NCBI GenBank assembly: GCA_017643395.1
Contig: JAEPNP010000003.1
Location: forward strand, 254,769-318,768
From: Rhodothermales bacterium
Lineage (GTDB): Bacteria > Bacteroidota > Rhodothermia > Rhodothermales > UBA10348
Length of the DNA stretch: 64,000 nt
Direction: 5' to 3'
Shown here: piece by piece, positions 46,441 through 55,985 of the stretch
Position numbering within the stretch: position 1 is the first letter of the stretch
How the letters are laid out: each line of letters starts with the position of its first letter
The notes under the pieces: generated by a model
What the model was told of the DNA's origin: nothing
Databases searched by the model: none
Seen by the model: only the letters and a program-made list of their open reading frames with translations
Translations under genes and position numbers: made by a program

Positions 46441-48842
46441 CTGTCGAGCACGACGCTTGTGACACGAACCCCTCCCGACTCCACGAGTCGGATGAAATAC
46501 ATCCCGGGAGCAAGGTGTGACAGATCCAGGCCAGTCGGCCCTCCGCTCGTCTCATGCCGGGTCATCACGCGTCGTCCCAGAAGGTCCACCACCTCAATGG
46601 TGACTGGCGCCTGGTGGCTGCCCGCGACGAGGGTCGTCCGGCCATGTGTCGGATTCGGAAACACGTGCAGACCGTCTTCGGAAGGTGAGTCGGGTGGTGC
46701 AACGGACGTGGGCGATGTCTCAGGTGCCCAAAAGGTGGAGTCTGTGGCCCAAATAAACAGGCGGTCGCTGGGCGCCCAGGAGACGAGTTTGTCGGCCCGC
46801 ATCCCTCCGCGTGCCATCAGCCGACCTTCAGCGCCAATCGTGCCCACGGCGCCTGCCGCGTCAACGGGCTGCCCGAGCGTGCCGTCTTCGGACCGGGCAT
46901 ACCAATAAGCTGTCCGGTGGCCGATGGCCGAGAGCCAGGCCTCAGAAGGGGGCATGACGATACGCAAGACGGACTTGCCATCCGGGGAGTCGAAATGTGT
47001 CGGGTCTGAAAGGGCCCCTGTAGCGGGATCGACCTGCCATCGCGAGAAGCCGCCTGCTCGACCGGTGAAAGCTTCGTCGCCGGCCGCGGTGAGCGTGATC
47101 GACGACATATCGTCATCCTGAACGACAAAGGAAAGCGCGAGCGATCCGTCTGCAGAATTACGAGTCCAGATTCGCATCTGCACATCGCCCTCGTCATACA
47201 CCGTATAGACATGCGCTCCATCCGGAGATACGGCGATGTCGGAGGCCCGTCCCTGGTACTGCTCTCCCGCGCTGAGCCTGCCGGTGACCGCGTCCCGACT
47301 CAGGACACCGATGGGTCTCCCGGAATACAGGTGGTTCCAGTCCGGGCTGAATGCCACGGCTCTCGCAGATAGGGGAAAGTCGGCGTTGTTGTAGGACTCG
47401 ATCAGGGACGGGACGCCGCTGTCGTCGTCCACGGCGTACACCGCGATTTCGTCATCGTTCGTGTGGGGGAACTGCCAGAACAGGTAGAGAAAGCGATCGT
47501 CGGGGCTGACCCGCACGGACGTCAGGATGTTCGGCCATCGCGCTCCCGAGTCAGCCACCTGGGTCGACGTCCATCGAAATGGCGCATGAGCATCAGTCCG
47601 CACAAACGTGTCCAGCGTATTGTTCTCCGTGATGGCCCAAACCCGGTTGCCGGAGTGCGCGATGGCAACGTCCGACACACGCCGCAGGCCCCAGCCCGGG
47701 TAGTCAACGCCTGAAACGGTCTTGACCAGCGTCAGCTGGCCATTCTGCTTGTCTCGTGCATAGATCGCCCATCGATTCACGTCGGGCATGGCTCCGAGCA
47801 GGTATTGGTCGTCGAGCACCGAACGTATCCATTCCAGGCTCCAGAGCCCATCGTCCGCCACCACCTGGTGGGCTTCGAGCCCTCCGTCTGCAGCAACGCT
47901 GTAGCCGTGAATCCGGCCGGTTTCGGACTCCAGCGCGTAGACGAAACGCTGATCCATGGACCCCGCCACTGCCGCAATCCTCACCCCTGCCAGGAGGCGA
48001 TCGGTCGTAGTGCCCGTGCCGGACCCATCTGCGGCGAGAATGGAGAATCCCCAGTAGTGGTAGACGGGTTGGCTCAACCCTTCCGGCACGTGCAAGTCGA
48101 TTTCGTCCGTCATGGGAACCGGAAACTCGACCAGAGTCGGGGTACCCAGTTTCCCCGTGGTCTGGTCGATGGGAATCCAGTGGTAGCGCATGGTTCTGTG
48201 GCCACTGAAACCCGCAGCGACCGACGTATTCACGTAGACACCCTGGTCGCCGGCGCGGTAGAAAACCGACGCGTGTTCGTTGTGGGCATACGAAATCTGA
48301 TCCGTCTCGACGAGGGATCCGTTGTCGGAGGCGCGCCGGAAAATGCGAACCGGCCCTCCTCCCGGGTAACCGAGAATCGTCGTGACCAGGAAGTCACCGA
48401 CGACCGCAAAGTCGCTCATTTCGGCCTCCAGGCGCTGCACCAGAGCCGGCGGGTCCGAGCGGCCTGCCTGCCTCCACACTTGGAGTCCATCGGCGGTGCG
48501 CAGGTAGATGGTGTGGCCATCGTCCGCAAGCTCCAACTGCTCAAGGTCGGCAGGACCGACGTCGGTGCTGAGACGGTGCTCCGGCACGCCGTCGGTTCCC
48601 AACTCAAACAGTCTGAGTTCACCTCGCGTGGCCGACAGGGCCCAGAGATAATCGCCGCTCTCGGTCAGTGCCCAATGGGTAAGGCCCGCCGACGGATTGC
48701 TCCGCCCGTCCGCGGTATCTCCGTAGCCGAAGACGGCCGGCGCTTCCAAGTTTGGGGCAACCTGTCCCGTCGCCCATGGCGGAAGGCTGAGCAGAGCCGC
48801 TGCGCACAAAAGGACGGTCCGTGCCCTCGTGCGACAAGTCAT
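46437..48842 (-). CDS. Secreted lactonase-like beta-propeller repeat protein with T9SS C-terminal sorting domain
   Basis: Start taken at MTCRTRARTVLLCAAALLSLPPWATGQ (ATG 48842). Recurrent blade motif: VSPDDRFLYLF, FSPDWNHLYSG, VSPDGAHVYTV, DDGHTIYLR. C-terminus VFPNPTHGRTTLV...GMYFIRLVESGGVRVTSVVLDR. Confidence 0.85.
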   Translation of the reverse strand: MTCRTRARTVLLCAAALLSLPPWATGQVAPNLEAPAVFGYGDTADGRSNPSAGLTHWALTESGDYLWALSATRGELRLFELGTDGVPEHRLSTDVGPADLEQLELADDGHTIYLRTADGLQVWRQAGRSDPPALVQRLEAEMSDFAVVGDFLVTTILGYPGGGPVRIFRRASDNGSLVETDQISYAHNEHASVFYRAGDQGVYVNTSVAAGFSGHRTMRYHWIPIDQTTGKLGTPTLVEFPVPMTDEIDLHVPEGLSQPVYHYWGFSILAADGSGTGTTTDRLLAGVRIAAVAGSMDQRFVYALESETGRIHGYSVAADGGLEAHQVVADDGLWSLEWIRSVLDDQYLLGAMPDVNRWAIYARDKQNGQLTLVKTVSGVDYPGWGLRRVSDVAIAHSGNRVWAITENNTLDTFVRTDAHAPFRWTSTQVADSGARWPNILTSVRVSPDDRFLYLFWQFPHTNDDEIAVYAVDDDSGVPSLIESYNNADFPLSARAVAFSPDWNHLYSGRPIGVLSRDAVTGRLSAGEQYQGRASDIAVSPDGAHVYTVYDEGDVQMRIWTRNSADGSLALSFVVQDDDMSSITLTAAGDEAFTGRAGGFSRWQVDPATGALSDPTHFDSPDGKSVLRIVMPPSEAWLSAIGHRTAYWYARSEDGTLGQPVDAAGAVGTIGAEGRLMARGGMRADKLVSWAPSDRLFIWATDSTFWAPETSPTSVAPPDSPSEDGLHVFPNPTHGRTTLVAGSHQAPVTIEVVDLLGRRVMTRHETSGGPTGLDLSHLAPGMYFIRLVESGGVRVTSVVLDR

Positions 48843-48877
48843 TGCAGCCGTTTCGAGCACCCCCAGGCAACCCATGT

Positions 48878-49471
48878 TTAGTCCCGTGCCGGAGTGATCA
48901 TCACGTGGGCGCCCGCAGTCCCTGGATACATCAGCCACGGTTGCAGCGGCCCGGCCGGGGAGGTAGCCAGGCCCGTGGATTCCGCTGTGGCGTACGGCGT
49001 GTAGATGACATAGCGGAGGAATCGATTCTCGACCGTTCCGGTAGCAGCATCGAAACTGTCGCCTGTCAGCACATAGAGCGCCGCGGGCGTTTCCGGCATG
49101 GGCAACTCCCCCGAATCTGCGGCGGCGTAGCGCCTGGTTCGCACGGTCTGGTTGTCCATGCCCTGGGCGCGAAGCTCGCGTCCCATCGCCATGAAGGGCT
49201 CAATGGAGGCGTGATAGCAGGCTACGTTGAAGCCATCTCGGCTGGGGTCGTCCGCGAGACAGACCAGTTCATTTTCTCCGACGCGCAGGTCGGTATAGGC
49301 ACCGTTCGCGTCGAAACCAATCACCCTCGCGCCGTCACGCAGATCTTCCGGGGCGGCCTGAACGGCCCCCGCAATCTGGTCGGCGGCAGGGACCATCTGG
49401 GCGCTGCTCGTTGCGGGGTTGCAATGCAGGAGAAGCAGACCGAGCAGTGAGGTCAGCAGGACGGCTTTCAT
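48878..49471 (-). CDS. Secreted protein of unknown function
   Basis: 197 aa. Signal peptide MKAVLLTSLLGLLLLHCNPATSSAQ. No motif I can name. Confidence 0.65.
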   Translation of the reverse strand: MKAVLLTSLLGLLLLHCNPATSSAQMVPAADQIAGAVQAAPEDLRDGARVIGFDANGAYTDLRVGENELVCLADDPSRDGFNVACYHASIEPFMAMGRELRAQGMDNQTVRTRRYAAADSGELPMPETPAALYVLTGDSFDAATGTVENRFLRYVIYTPYATAESTGLATSPAGPLQPWLMYPGTAGAHVMITPARD

Positions 49472-49546
49472 GGATTACGCAGGGGACGTGTCTGGTGTCA
49501 TTTGAACGAAGTCTACGGGTGTGAATTCGTTCCGCGCCAGGCACGT

Positions 49547-51520
49547 TCAGGCGGCCGGGACAAGGCGGCCGATTACCCCTCGCAATTCCTCGATATAAAC
49601 CGGCTTACTCAGGTACGCGTCTGCCCCTGCGGCGAGGTATTCCTCCCGGGCCCCGCTCAGTGCGTTGGCGGTGACGACGATGATGGGTACGCGTGCCGCG
49701 AGCGTGCCGGACATCCGGATCCGCTGGATAGCCTCATCTCCGGTCATCTCCGGCATCTGGATGTCCATGATGACCAGGTCGTATTCGCCGCTGCACGCCA
49801 GCTTGAACGCGTCACGGCCGTTAGTCACGGTGTCGACGCGGTCGAAGCCGTCGACCCGCAGGAATTTTTCGATCACCCGCTGGTTCAACTCATTGTCCTC
49901 TGCCAACAGCACACACCGACCGGTGGGTCCCCTGTCCACTTCCGGGATCGACACAGGCGCCGCGGTTGCCCGGGGTTCGAGCTCGACATAGAGCCCGCCT
50001 GTCGGCACGTCTACGCTGAATGTCGTTCCCCGCCCGATCTCGCTTTCCACCGCGATGCTGCCTCCCATCAGTTCGACGAGGTTCTTTACGATGGAAAGTC
50101 CAAGTCCGGCGCCGCCGTGTCGGCGGGTGTGGGAGCCATCGGTTTGATAGAACCGCTCGAAGATGTTCGACAACTCCTCCTGCGGAATACCGGGTCCGGT
50201 GTCGACGATTTCGAAGCGAACGGTCTGCTGATCAAGCGGGATGGTGCGCACCGACACCGAGCCCTGTTCGGTGAACTTTGCGGCGTTACCCAGCAGGTTG
50301 ACAAGAATCTGCTTCAGCCGGTCCGGATCCGTGTTGAAGCGGGCGTTGCGTATCTCTCCGGTCTCGATTGAGAGCCCTTTATGCTCCACGGTGCCTCGTA
50401 CCGTATCGACTGCCTCCGAAACGATTGTGGCCAGCTCGGCCTCCCGCTGATCGATGGTTACGTAGCCGGCCTCGATGCGAGCGATATCAAGCACATCGTC
50501 GATAAGGCTGAGCAGGGTGGTCGAGGACGCCTTGATCACGTCGAGCCAATCCTGCTGGGCCGAGTCGGGGCCCATCGCCTGAAGCACCTGGCAACCACCC
50601 ACAACACCGTTGAGCGGTGTTCGAATCTCGTGACTCATGGTCGCGAGGAATTCCGACTTGAGGCGAGACGCCCTTTGGGCTTCTGCGGTCTGTTGTTTGA
50701 GCTCTTCTCGCACGGCAATGTCGTCAGACACGTCGTAGTTGACTCCCGTCAGTCTGTAGTCACCCTGTTCACCGGTGCGCTGGGCCTGAGTTCGAATGTG
50801 CCGAACCTGCCCGTCCGGGTGGTGAACCCGGAACATGCCGTGGAACTCGCCTCCGAGCTCCATGACATCGGCGACCTTGCCCTGCACCCGTTCCAGATCC
50901 TCCGGATAGACCCGCTTGGACCAGAACTCGTACGACCCGTCAAACGCCTCCGGGTCTGCCCCGTAGAGTTCGAACATGGTCTCGTCCCAGCTCAGTTTGC
51001 CCGTTTCAGGATTCCATTCCCAAATGCCGATCTGACCTGCCGTCGTGGCCAGCGACAGCCTCTCGGACAGCTTGCGGGACTCACGCTCCGCCTCGGATCG
51101 CGATTCGATTTCTGACTGGAGAAGCTCGTTCTGATCGCGGTAGTGCTGGGGACCCGGAATGGCCAGTGCATCTGGCAGCAGCTTCCAGAGCATTGCCGCC
51201 GTAATCAGGGAGACGATGCCCGTAACGGCCTTCAGAAGGCCGTCTGGACCGTAGAGGGGGTTCCAGACCAGATAGATATTGAACAGGTGGGTCGCACCGC
51301 AGAGCAGTATGAACGCAGTGAACAGGTAGAACACGCTCTTGAAACCCAGGTCCTTCCGCCGTTTGGTGAAGAGGTAGAGGGCGATGGGAATCGAGAAGTA
51401 CGACAGCGCGATGACGGCATCGGATATCACATGCAGCCAGAGGATTTCTGGCTTCCAGAGGTAGCACATGCCGTGTGGCATGAACGAGCCGGACTGGAAG
51501 AATTCGGCGATCTTTTCCAT
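49547..51520 (-). CDS. Hybrid sensor histidine kinase: ETR1-like ethylene-binding transmembrane domain + PAS + HisKA + HATPase_c + REC
   Basis: 657 aa. N-terminal 3-TM domain: [20 protein letters not shown]...[15 protein letters not shown]...[20 protein letters not shown] (see finding). Coiled coil; PAS ([16 protein letters not shown]). H-box [11 protein letters not shown]-boxes DTGPGI and [13 protein letters not shown]: [10 protein letters not shown]...[14 protein letters not shown]. Confidence 0.9.
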   Translation of the reverse strand: MEKIAEFFQSGSFMPHGMCYLWKPEILWLHVISDAVIALSYFSIPIALYLFTKRRKDLGFKSVFYLFTAFILLCGATHLFNIYLVWNPLYGPDGLLKAVTGIVSLITAAMLWKLLPDALAIPGPQHYRDQNELLQSEIESRSEAERESRKLSERLSLATTAGQIGIWEWNPETGKLSWDETMFELYGADPEAFDGSYEFWSKRVYPEDLERVQGKVADVMELGGEFHGMFRVHHPDGQVRHIRTQAQRTGEQGDYRLTGVNYDVSDDIAVREELKQQTAEAQRASRLKSEFLATMSHEIRTPLNGVVGGCQVLQAMGPDSAQQDWLDVIKASSTTLLSLIDDVLDIARIEAGYVTIDQREAELATIVSEAVDTVRGTVEHKGLSIETGEIRNARFNTDPDRLKQILVNLLGNAAKFTEQGSVSVRTIPLDQQTVRFEIVDTGPGIPQEELSNIFERFYQTDGSHTRRHGGAGLGLSIVKNLVELMGGSIAVESEIGRGTTFSVDVPTGGLYVELEPRATAAPVSIPEVDRGPTGRCVLLAEDNELNQRVIEKFLRVDGFDRVDTVTNGRDAFKLACSGEYDLVIMDIQMPEMTGDEAIQRIRMSGTLAARVPIIVVTANALSGAREEYLAAGADAYLSKPVYIEELRGVIGRLVPAA

Positions 51521-51787
51521 GAGACGGAAAAACGGTCAATTTGAGGGTAGGAGGCCGGTTTTTGACAATCGGCCCTTGGTGCGTCGAAATGGGGCGCCTA
51601 CCTCTCGTTCGTCGCGCCGAAGCACGGGGGATGCTCCGTGGGAATGCGTGGGGCCACCATCATGCCAGTTGGAGCCTGCGGGGCGCACCGGGGCGCATCA
51701 ATGCGACAAGCGGCTGTCGCGGCACCGTAACGAGAAAGCCAGAAACAACTCGTAGAGCCGACTTCCATCTAGTACAGGTTCTACAGC

Positions 51788-52687
51788 ATGCAACGCATAC
51801 TCATAACAGGAAGCAGCAGCGGATTTGGATTCCTTGCGGCACAAACACTGACAAAAGCCGGCCATGTGGTTTTTGCGACCATGCGGGACCCCGCCGGGCG
51901 CAACTCCGAGGCGGCAGCCAGGCTGACCGAGTCTTCCTCTCAGCAGGACGGCAGATTGCACGTGCTTGATCTCGATGTGACGAGTGATGCGTCCGTCGAG
52001 GCGGCCGTGGAGCAGGCAAATGAGTTGGAGGGAGGCATTGATGTTCTGGTGAACAACGCCGGATTCGGCGGCGGTGGCCTGACGGAGACATTCACGCCGG
52101 CGCAGTTCAGCCGGATGTTTGAAGTCAACGTGTTTGGTGTTCAGCGCATGAATCGCGCCGTACTGCCGGCGATGCGGCAGCGGGGTTCCGGGCTGCTCAT
52201 CCACATCTCCAGCACCATGGGCCGCATCGTGATCCCGTTTGCCGGTGCCTACACGGCCACCAAGTTTGCCCTGGAAGGGCTCTCTGAAACCTACCGGTAC
52301 GAGCTGGCGCCCCACGGCATTGAGTCGGTCATCATCCAGCCCGGCGGGTTCGGCACCGACTTCTTTGGATCCATGCTCCAGCCGGAAGACGCTGCCCGGG
52401 TCGAGACCTATGGAGAGGCGGCCGCCATGCCCCAGCAACTCTGGTCCGGCATGGGCGAGATGATCGCGAGCGGGCAGGCCCCGGATCCGCAGATTGTCGC
52501 CGACGCCATCCTGGAGGTGATTTCGGCTGAGCCCGGCGCCCGACCGGCGCGCATGGTTGTCGATCCAATGACGGGCGGCGAGGGTCCCAAGGCGCTGAAC
52601 CAGACTGCAGCAGCCGTTCAGGAGCAACTACTCTCCGGGTTCGGCATGGAATCGTTGCTGCACGTGGCGGAATCAAGCGAAGTCTGA
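51788..52687 (+). CDS. Short-chain dehydrogenase/reductase (SDR) family oxidoreductase
   Basis: TGSSSGFG cofactor motif, NNAG, catalytic S...YTATK. Confidence 0.9.
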   Translation: MQRILITGSSSGFGFLAAQTLTKAGHVVFATMRDPAGRNSEAAARLTESSSQQDGRLHVLDLDVTSDASVEAAVEQANELEGGIDVLVNNAGFGGGGLTETFTPAQFSRMFEVNVFGVQRMNRAVLPAMRQRGSGLLIHISSTMGRIVIPFAGAYTATKFALEGLSETYRYELAPHGIESVIIQPGGFGTDFFGSMLQPEDAARVETYGEAAAMPQQLWSGMGEMIASGQAPDPQIVADAILEVISAEPGARPARMVVDPMTGGEGPKALNQTAAAVQEQLLSGFGMESLLHVAESSEV

Positions 52688-52740
52688 TCCCGCCTCCGGA
52701 TAGACAGACACCCATCCGCCGGGTGCTGGTCACAGCCAAA

Positions 52741-52781
52741 AACAGGGGACGACCGGCAGGGTCGTCCCCTGTTCTGATTTT
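52741..52781 (+). terminator. Rho-independent terminator
   Basis: aacaggggacgacc-ggcag-ggtcgtcccctgtt forms a perfect 14-bp stem followed by ctgatttt. Confidence 0.8.
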
Positions 52782-52905
52782 GTGCGCCTCTGACAGCGAC
52801 GGGCGGCGTGTTTCCCTCCGCATGGCCTTCTTCGAGTGGGCCGCCCCGACAGGGCAGTTGCAGCTACCACACTGAATCCTGTCAGGCCAGCATGCGTAGG
52901 GACGC

Positions 52906-53274
52906 GTGATGCGCAGATTCCGCGCCATAGCTTCCATCAGCCTGCTCGCCAGCCTTTTGCTGGGCACGCTGGTAGCTCCGCTGGCCCACCTGGGCTGGAT
53001 GGAGATGGGCGGCATGGAAATGACGGCCATGTCCCACTCGATGGACATGGAGTCTGCGGCCGAAGACGGGGACTTCTTTAGCCCGTTCGAGGAGTGCATC
53101 GAGGAATGTCCGTACCTCCAGCTTCTGCAGACCCAGTCGCCCGGACTGGCCGATCTGGCCGCCCGGGACCGGGGTGCCGAGGCCGTGGAAAAGGAATTCT
53201 CGGAACAGGGAAGGCAGGATGACGGCCGGTTGGACCGCACCATCCGGCCACGTGGACCGCCAGCAGTGGCCTGA
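52906..53274 (+). CDS. Small membrane-anchored Met/His/Cys-containing protein (paralog of 61289..61633), head of TonB-receptor locus A
   Basis: 122 aa. N-terminal TM MMRRFRAIASISLLASLLLGTLVAPLAHL. Met-rich MEMGGMEMTAMSHSMDM. Cys pair ECIEEC. C-terminal IRPRGPPAVA resembles the IRGPPVAA end of the paralog. Confidence 0.6.
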   Translation: MMRRFRAIASISLLASLLLGTLVAPLAHLGWMEMGGMEMTAMSHSMDMESAAEDGDFFSPFEECIEECPYLQLLQTQSPGLADLAARDRGAEAVEKEFSEQGRQDDGRLDRTIRPRGPPAVA

Positions 53275-53407
53275 ATGGTGCCGCTCGGCACCTTGATTTA
53301 GGTAATTCGCGCTCCCGGACGCGTGTCCGGGCTCGCCATTGGCATTCGGCCCCACGAGTTGGACGATCCGCTGCTAGCGGTTCGCGTCCGCATATCCCCT
53401 TGATTCC

Positions 53408-54250
53408 ATGTCTCGTCTCGTTCTGCTTCCGCTCTTTCTGGCTCTGCTCATCACTGCCTGTGACTCGAATGTCATGGACGATGAGGACATGATGGCCATG
53501 ACTACCCTGCGCCTGGAGCCCGTATTCGACGGTCAGCCGCTGGTCATGGGCAGCACATACACCCACAACGGCACGGCCATCAATTTCTCCGCCGCTCGTG
53601 TCTACATCTCTGACATCACCCTCATCGCCGAGGATGGCACCGAGACGGTGATTCAAAGCGATCCGCTGACGGTCCCGGCCAAGGCCGCCGATGACTCGGA
53701 TGTGACGCACACAGTCTCGAACCGGGTAATTTTCGCCAAGCACGACCACGCGCATCACGAATACGATCTGGGTCACGTGCCGGTCGGCGAGTACCACGGC
53801 GTGGAATTCAACGTCGGCATTGCCGGTACGGACAACCGCATCGACGCGACGCAGGTGCCTGCAAGCCACCCGTTGGCCAAGCAGACCGACCTCAACAACC
53901 ACTGGAGCTGGTCCAACGGCTACATCTTCGTGCGCCTGGACGGCCAGGTAGATTCCGACGGCGACGGCACGCCGGATACGGCCTGGGAGACCCACCTTGG
54001 CAAGGACAACTTCCTGCGCGAAGTGCACCTGCACGCAGACTTTGAAGTGGATCAGGAAGGCACGACGCAGATCCATGTGATGCTGGACTACCACAAGCTG
54101 CTGGAGGGCGTGGACCTCGCTGACCCGGTCCAGCGCATCTGCCACACGGGCAACAATCTGCCGGTGGCCAACGCGGTTGCCAGTGAGATCTCGGGCTCCT
54201 TCATGTTCCACGGCGTGCACGACTCCGACCACGACGGACACGACCACTGA
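53408..54250 (+). CDS. MbnP-like lipoprotein (metal-binding partner of a di-heme peroxidase), His-rich C-terminus
   Basis: Lipobox LLITAC followed by acidic DSNVMDDEDMM. ARVYISDITLIAEDG, GEYHGVEFNVGIAG, and HPLAKQTDLNNHWSWSNGYIFVRLDG...THLGKDN match the MbnP pattern I recall (RFYVS..L...DG; G.Y.G..F.LGVP; PL....M.W.W..GY.F; HLGS). Tail HGVHDSDHDGHDH. A di-heme CCP gene follows immediately. Confidence 0.7.
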   Translation: MSRLVLLPLFLALLITACDSNVMDDEDMMAMTTLRLEPVFDGQPLVMGSTYTHNGTAINFSAARVYISDITLIAEDGTETVIQSDPLTVPAKAADDSDVTHTVSNRVIFAKHDHAHHEYDLGHVPVGEYHGVEFNVGIAGTDNRIDATQVPASHPLAKQTDLNNHWSWSNGYIFVRLDGQVDSDGDGTPDTAWETHLGKDNFLREVHLHADFEVDQEGTTQIHVMLDYHKLLEGVDLADPVQRICHTGNNLPVANAVASEISGSFMFHGVHDSDHDGHDH

Positions 54251-55212
54251 TGCGAGCCTGGACTGCGCTCATAGCGGTCCTGGTGTCGGGTTGTGTGTTG
54301 GCGGGGCCGGAAGGCTCGGAATCGCTGTCGGTGCCTGATGACCTGCCGGCCGGCTTCGAGCCGATTCCGGTGCCCGCCCACACACCCCTGACAGCCTCGC
54401 GGGTGTCGCTCGGTGAACGCCTGTTCTTCGATCCGTCGCTCTCGGCGGATGGCAGCGTTTCCTGTGCGTCCTGCCACAAACCCGAACTGGCGTTCGCGGA
54501 TGACGTGGCCGTCAGCCCGGGAGTGGAAGGACGAACCGGCATTCGCAACGCACCTTCCCTGGTCAATGTGGCATGGCAGGACCTGCTGTTCTGGGACGGA
54601 GGGGCCTTTACGCTGGAGCTACAGGCCGTCGGGCCACTGGAGGCCAGGGACGAAATGGACCGGCCCCTCGCCGAGGTACTGGAGCAACTGAACGGCGACC
54701 CTTCCTACCGGGAGGCCTTTTTGGACGCGTTCGGCGATGAGGCCACGGTGCAGACGTTCACGCAGGCACTCGGCGCGTACCAGCGCACTATTCGCAGCGG
54801 GGGATCCCGCTTCGACCGGGAGGCGCTGACGCCCCACGAGGACGCGGGTCGTGCGCTTTTTTTCGGCCGGGCAAACTGCGCCTCCTGTCACAGCGGGTTT
54901 CTGCTGACGGATCAGAGCTTCCGCAGCAACGGACTGTCCGTCGCTGCGGACTCCGGCCGGGCACGCATCACGCTGCGTCCGGAGGATCGCGGCCTGTTCA
55001 AGGTCCCTTCCCTTCGAAATGTGAGCCTCACGGCACCCTACATGCACGACGGCCGCTTTGAGTCCATCGAAGATGTGATCGAGCACTACGACAAGGGGGG
55101 CGAGACCGCATCGCCCGGCATCCGGCCGCTGAATCTGACCGCGGCGGAGAAGCGGCAGCTCGAGGCGTTCTTGCGCGCGCTGGAGGACACCTCAATTCGC
55201 ACGGGACTATGA
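54250..55212 (+). CDS. Di-heme cytochrome c peroxidase / MauG-family enzyme (MbnH-like)
   Basis: 320 aa. Two CxxCH heme sites (SCASCHKPE, NCASCHSGF). Family motifs: RNAPSLVN, LFWDG, FKVPSLRNV, APYMHDG. The ATG shares one base with the upstream TGA. Confidence 0.9.
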   Translation: MRAWTALIAVLVSGCVLAGPEGSESLSVPDDLPAGFEPIPVPAHTPLTASRVSLGERLFFDPSLSADGSVSCASCHKPELAFADDVAVSPGVEGRTGIRNAPSLVNVAWQDLLFWDGGAFTLELQAVGPLEARDEMDRPLAEVLEQLNGDPSYREAFLDAFGDEATVQTFTQALGAYQRTIRSGGSRFDREALTPHEDAGRALFFGRANCASCHSGFLLTDQSFRSNGLSVAADSGRARITLRPEDRGLFKVPSLRNVSLTAPYMHDGRFESIEDVIEHYDKGGETASPGIRPLNLTAAEKRQLEAFLRALEDTSIRTGL

Positions 55213-55985
55213 AACGAATCCTGTTGACCCTATTCGGCCTGTCGCTGGTCGGATGTGCCCCTGACATCACGGAGACGGACTTCTTCAGCCGTCACCCGGA
55301 CGCACCGGTGGGGGACGAGAGTGTTGAGGTAACGTCGGTGCAGGACGGTGCCCTGGAGCTTCGGGTCACGGCGCCTCGCCCATTACAATGGGGTCACAAC
55401 CTGATATCACTGGAAGCCTTTGCGGGCGGCGACCCTGCCGGCGCGGAGGCAACCGTCACGCCCTACTTCCTTGTTGAGGGCGACCGTATTCCGGTGCCTT
55501 TTGATCCCGTAACGCTCAGGAGCGGGGACGAACCAGCGGTCCTTTATCTGCTTGAGCCTGTTGAGCTCGATGGGCGCTGGGTGCTGGATGTGGTCTGGCA
55601 AAGTGCCGGCAGCTCGGGGACGCGCACGGTCGATGTCACAGTCCGCCCCGGTCTCTGGGTGGGCACGGTGCCCGGAACCGGAGAGTACCTGACGTGGGTC
55701 CGTCCCACGGAGCCGCGCACCGGGCAGGACGTGCTCGAGCTAGCGCTGCATCGCTTCATTGAGGGCCGCTTCCAGCCAGTTGAGGGCGTGCCGTTCGACC
55801 TCTATCCGTATATGGACATGGGCGGGGGAGAGGGTCACAGCACGCCGTATGCGCCCCCCGGAAGTGTCGGAAATGGACGGTATAGGGGCGAGATCAACTT
55901 CATTATGTCCGGCGGTTGGGACCTGACTGTGTATGTGGGCGCCAACCGGACGGCGGTGCTCTTTGAAGGATTTGAGGTGCGATGA
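55209..55985 (+). CDS. Lipoprotein with YtkA/FixH-like domain
   Basis: Lipobox LSLVGC. C-terminal GRYRGEINFIMSGGWDLTVYV matches the (Y.....F.M.G.W.L.V.V) ending I associate with YtkA-like domains. ATGA overlaps on both sides. Confidence 0.55.
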   Translation: MKRILLTLFGLSLVGCAPDITETDFFSRHPDAPVGDESVEVTSVQDGALELRVTAPRPLQWGHNLISLEAFAGGDPAGAEATVTPYFLVEGDRIPVPFDPVTLRSGDEPAVLYLLEPVELDGRWVLDVVWQSAGSSGTRTVDVTVRPGLWVGTVPGTGEYLTWVRPTEPRTGQDVLELALHRFIEGRFQPVEGVPFDLYPYMDMGGGEGHSTPYAPPGSVGNGRYRGEINFIMSGGWDLTVYVGANRTAVLFEGFEVR

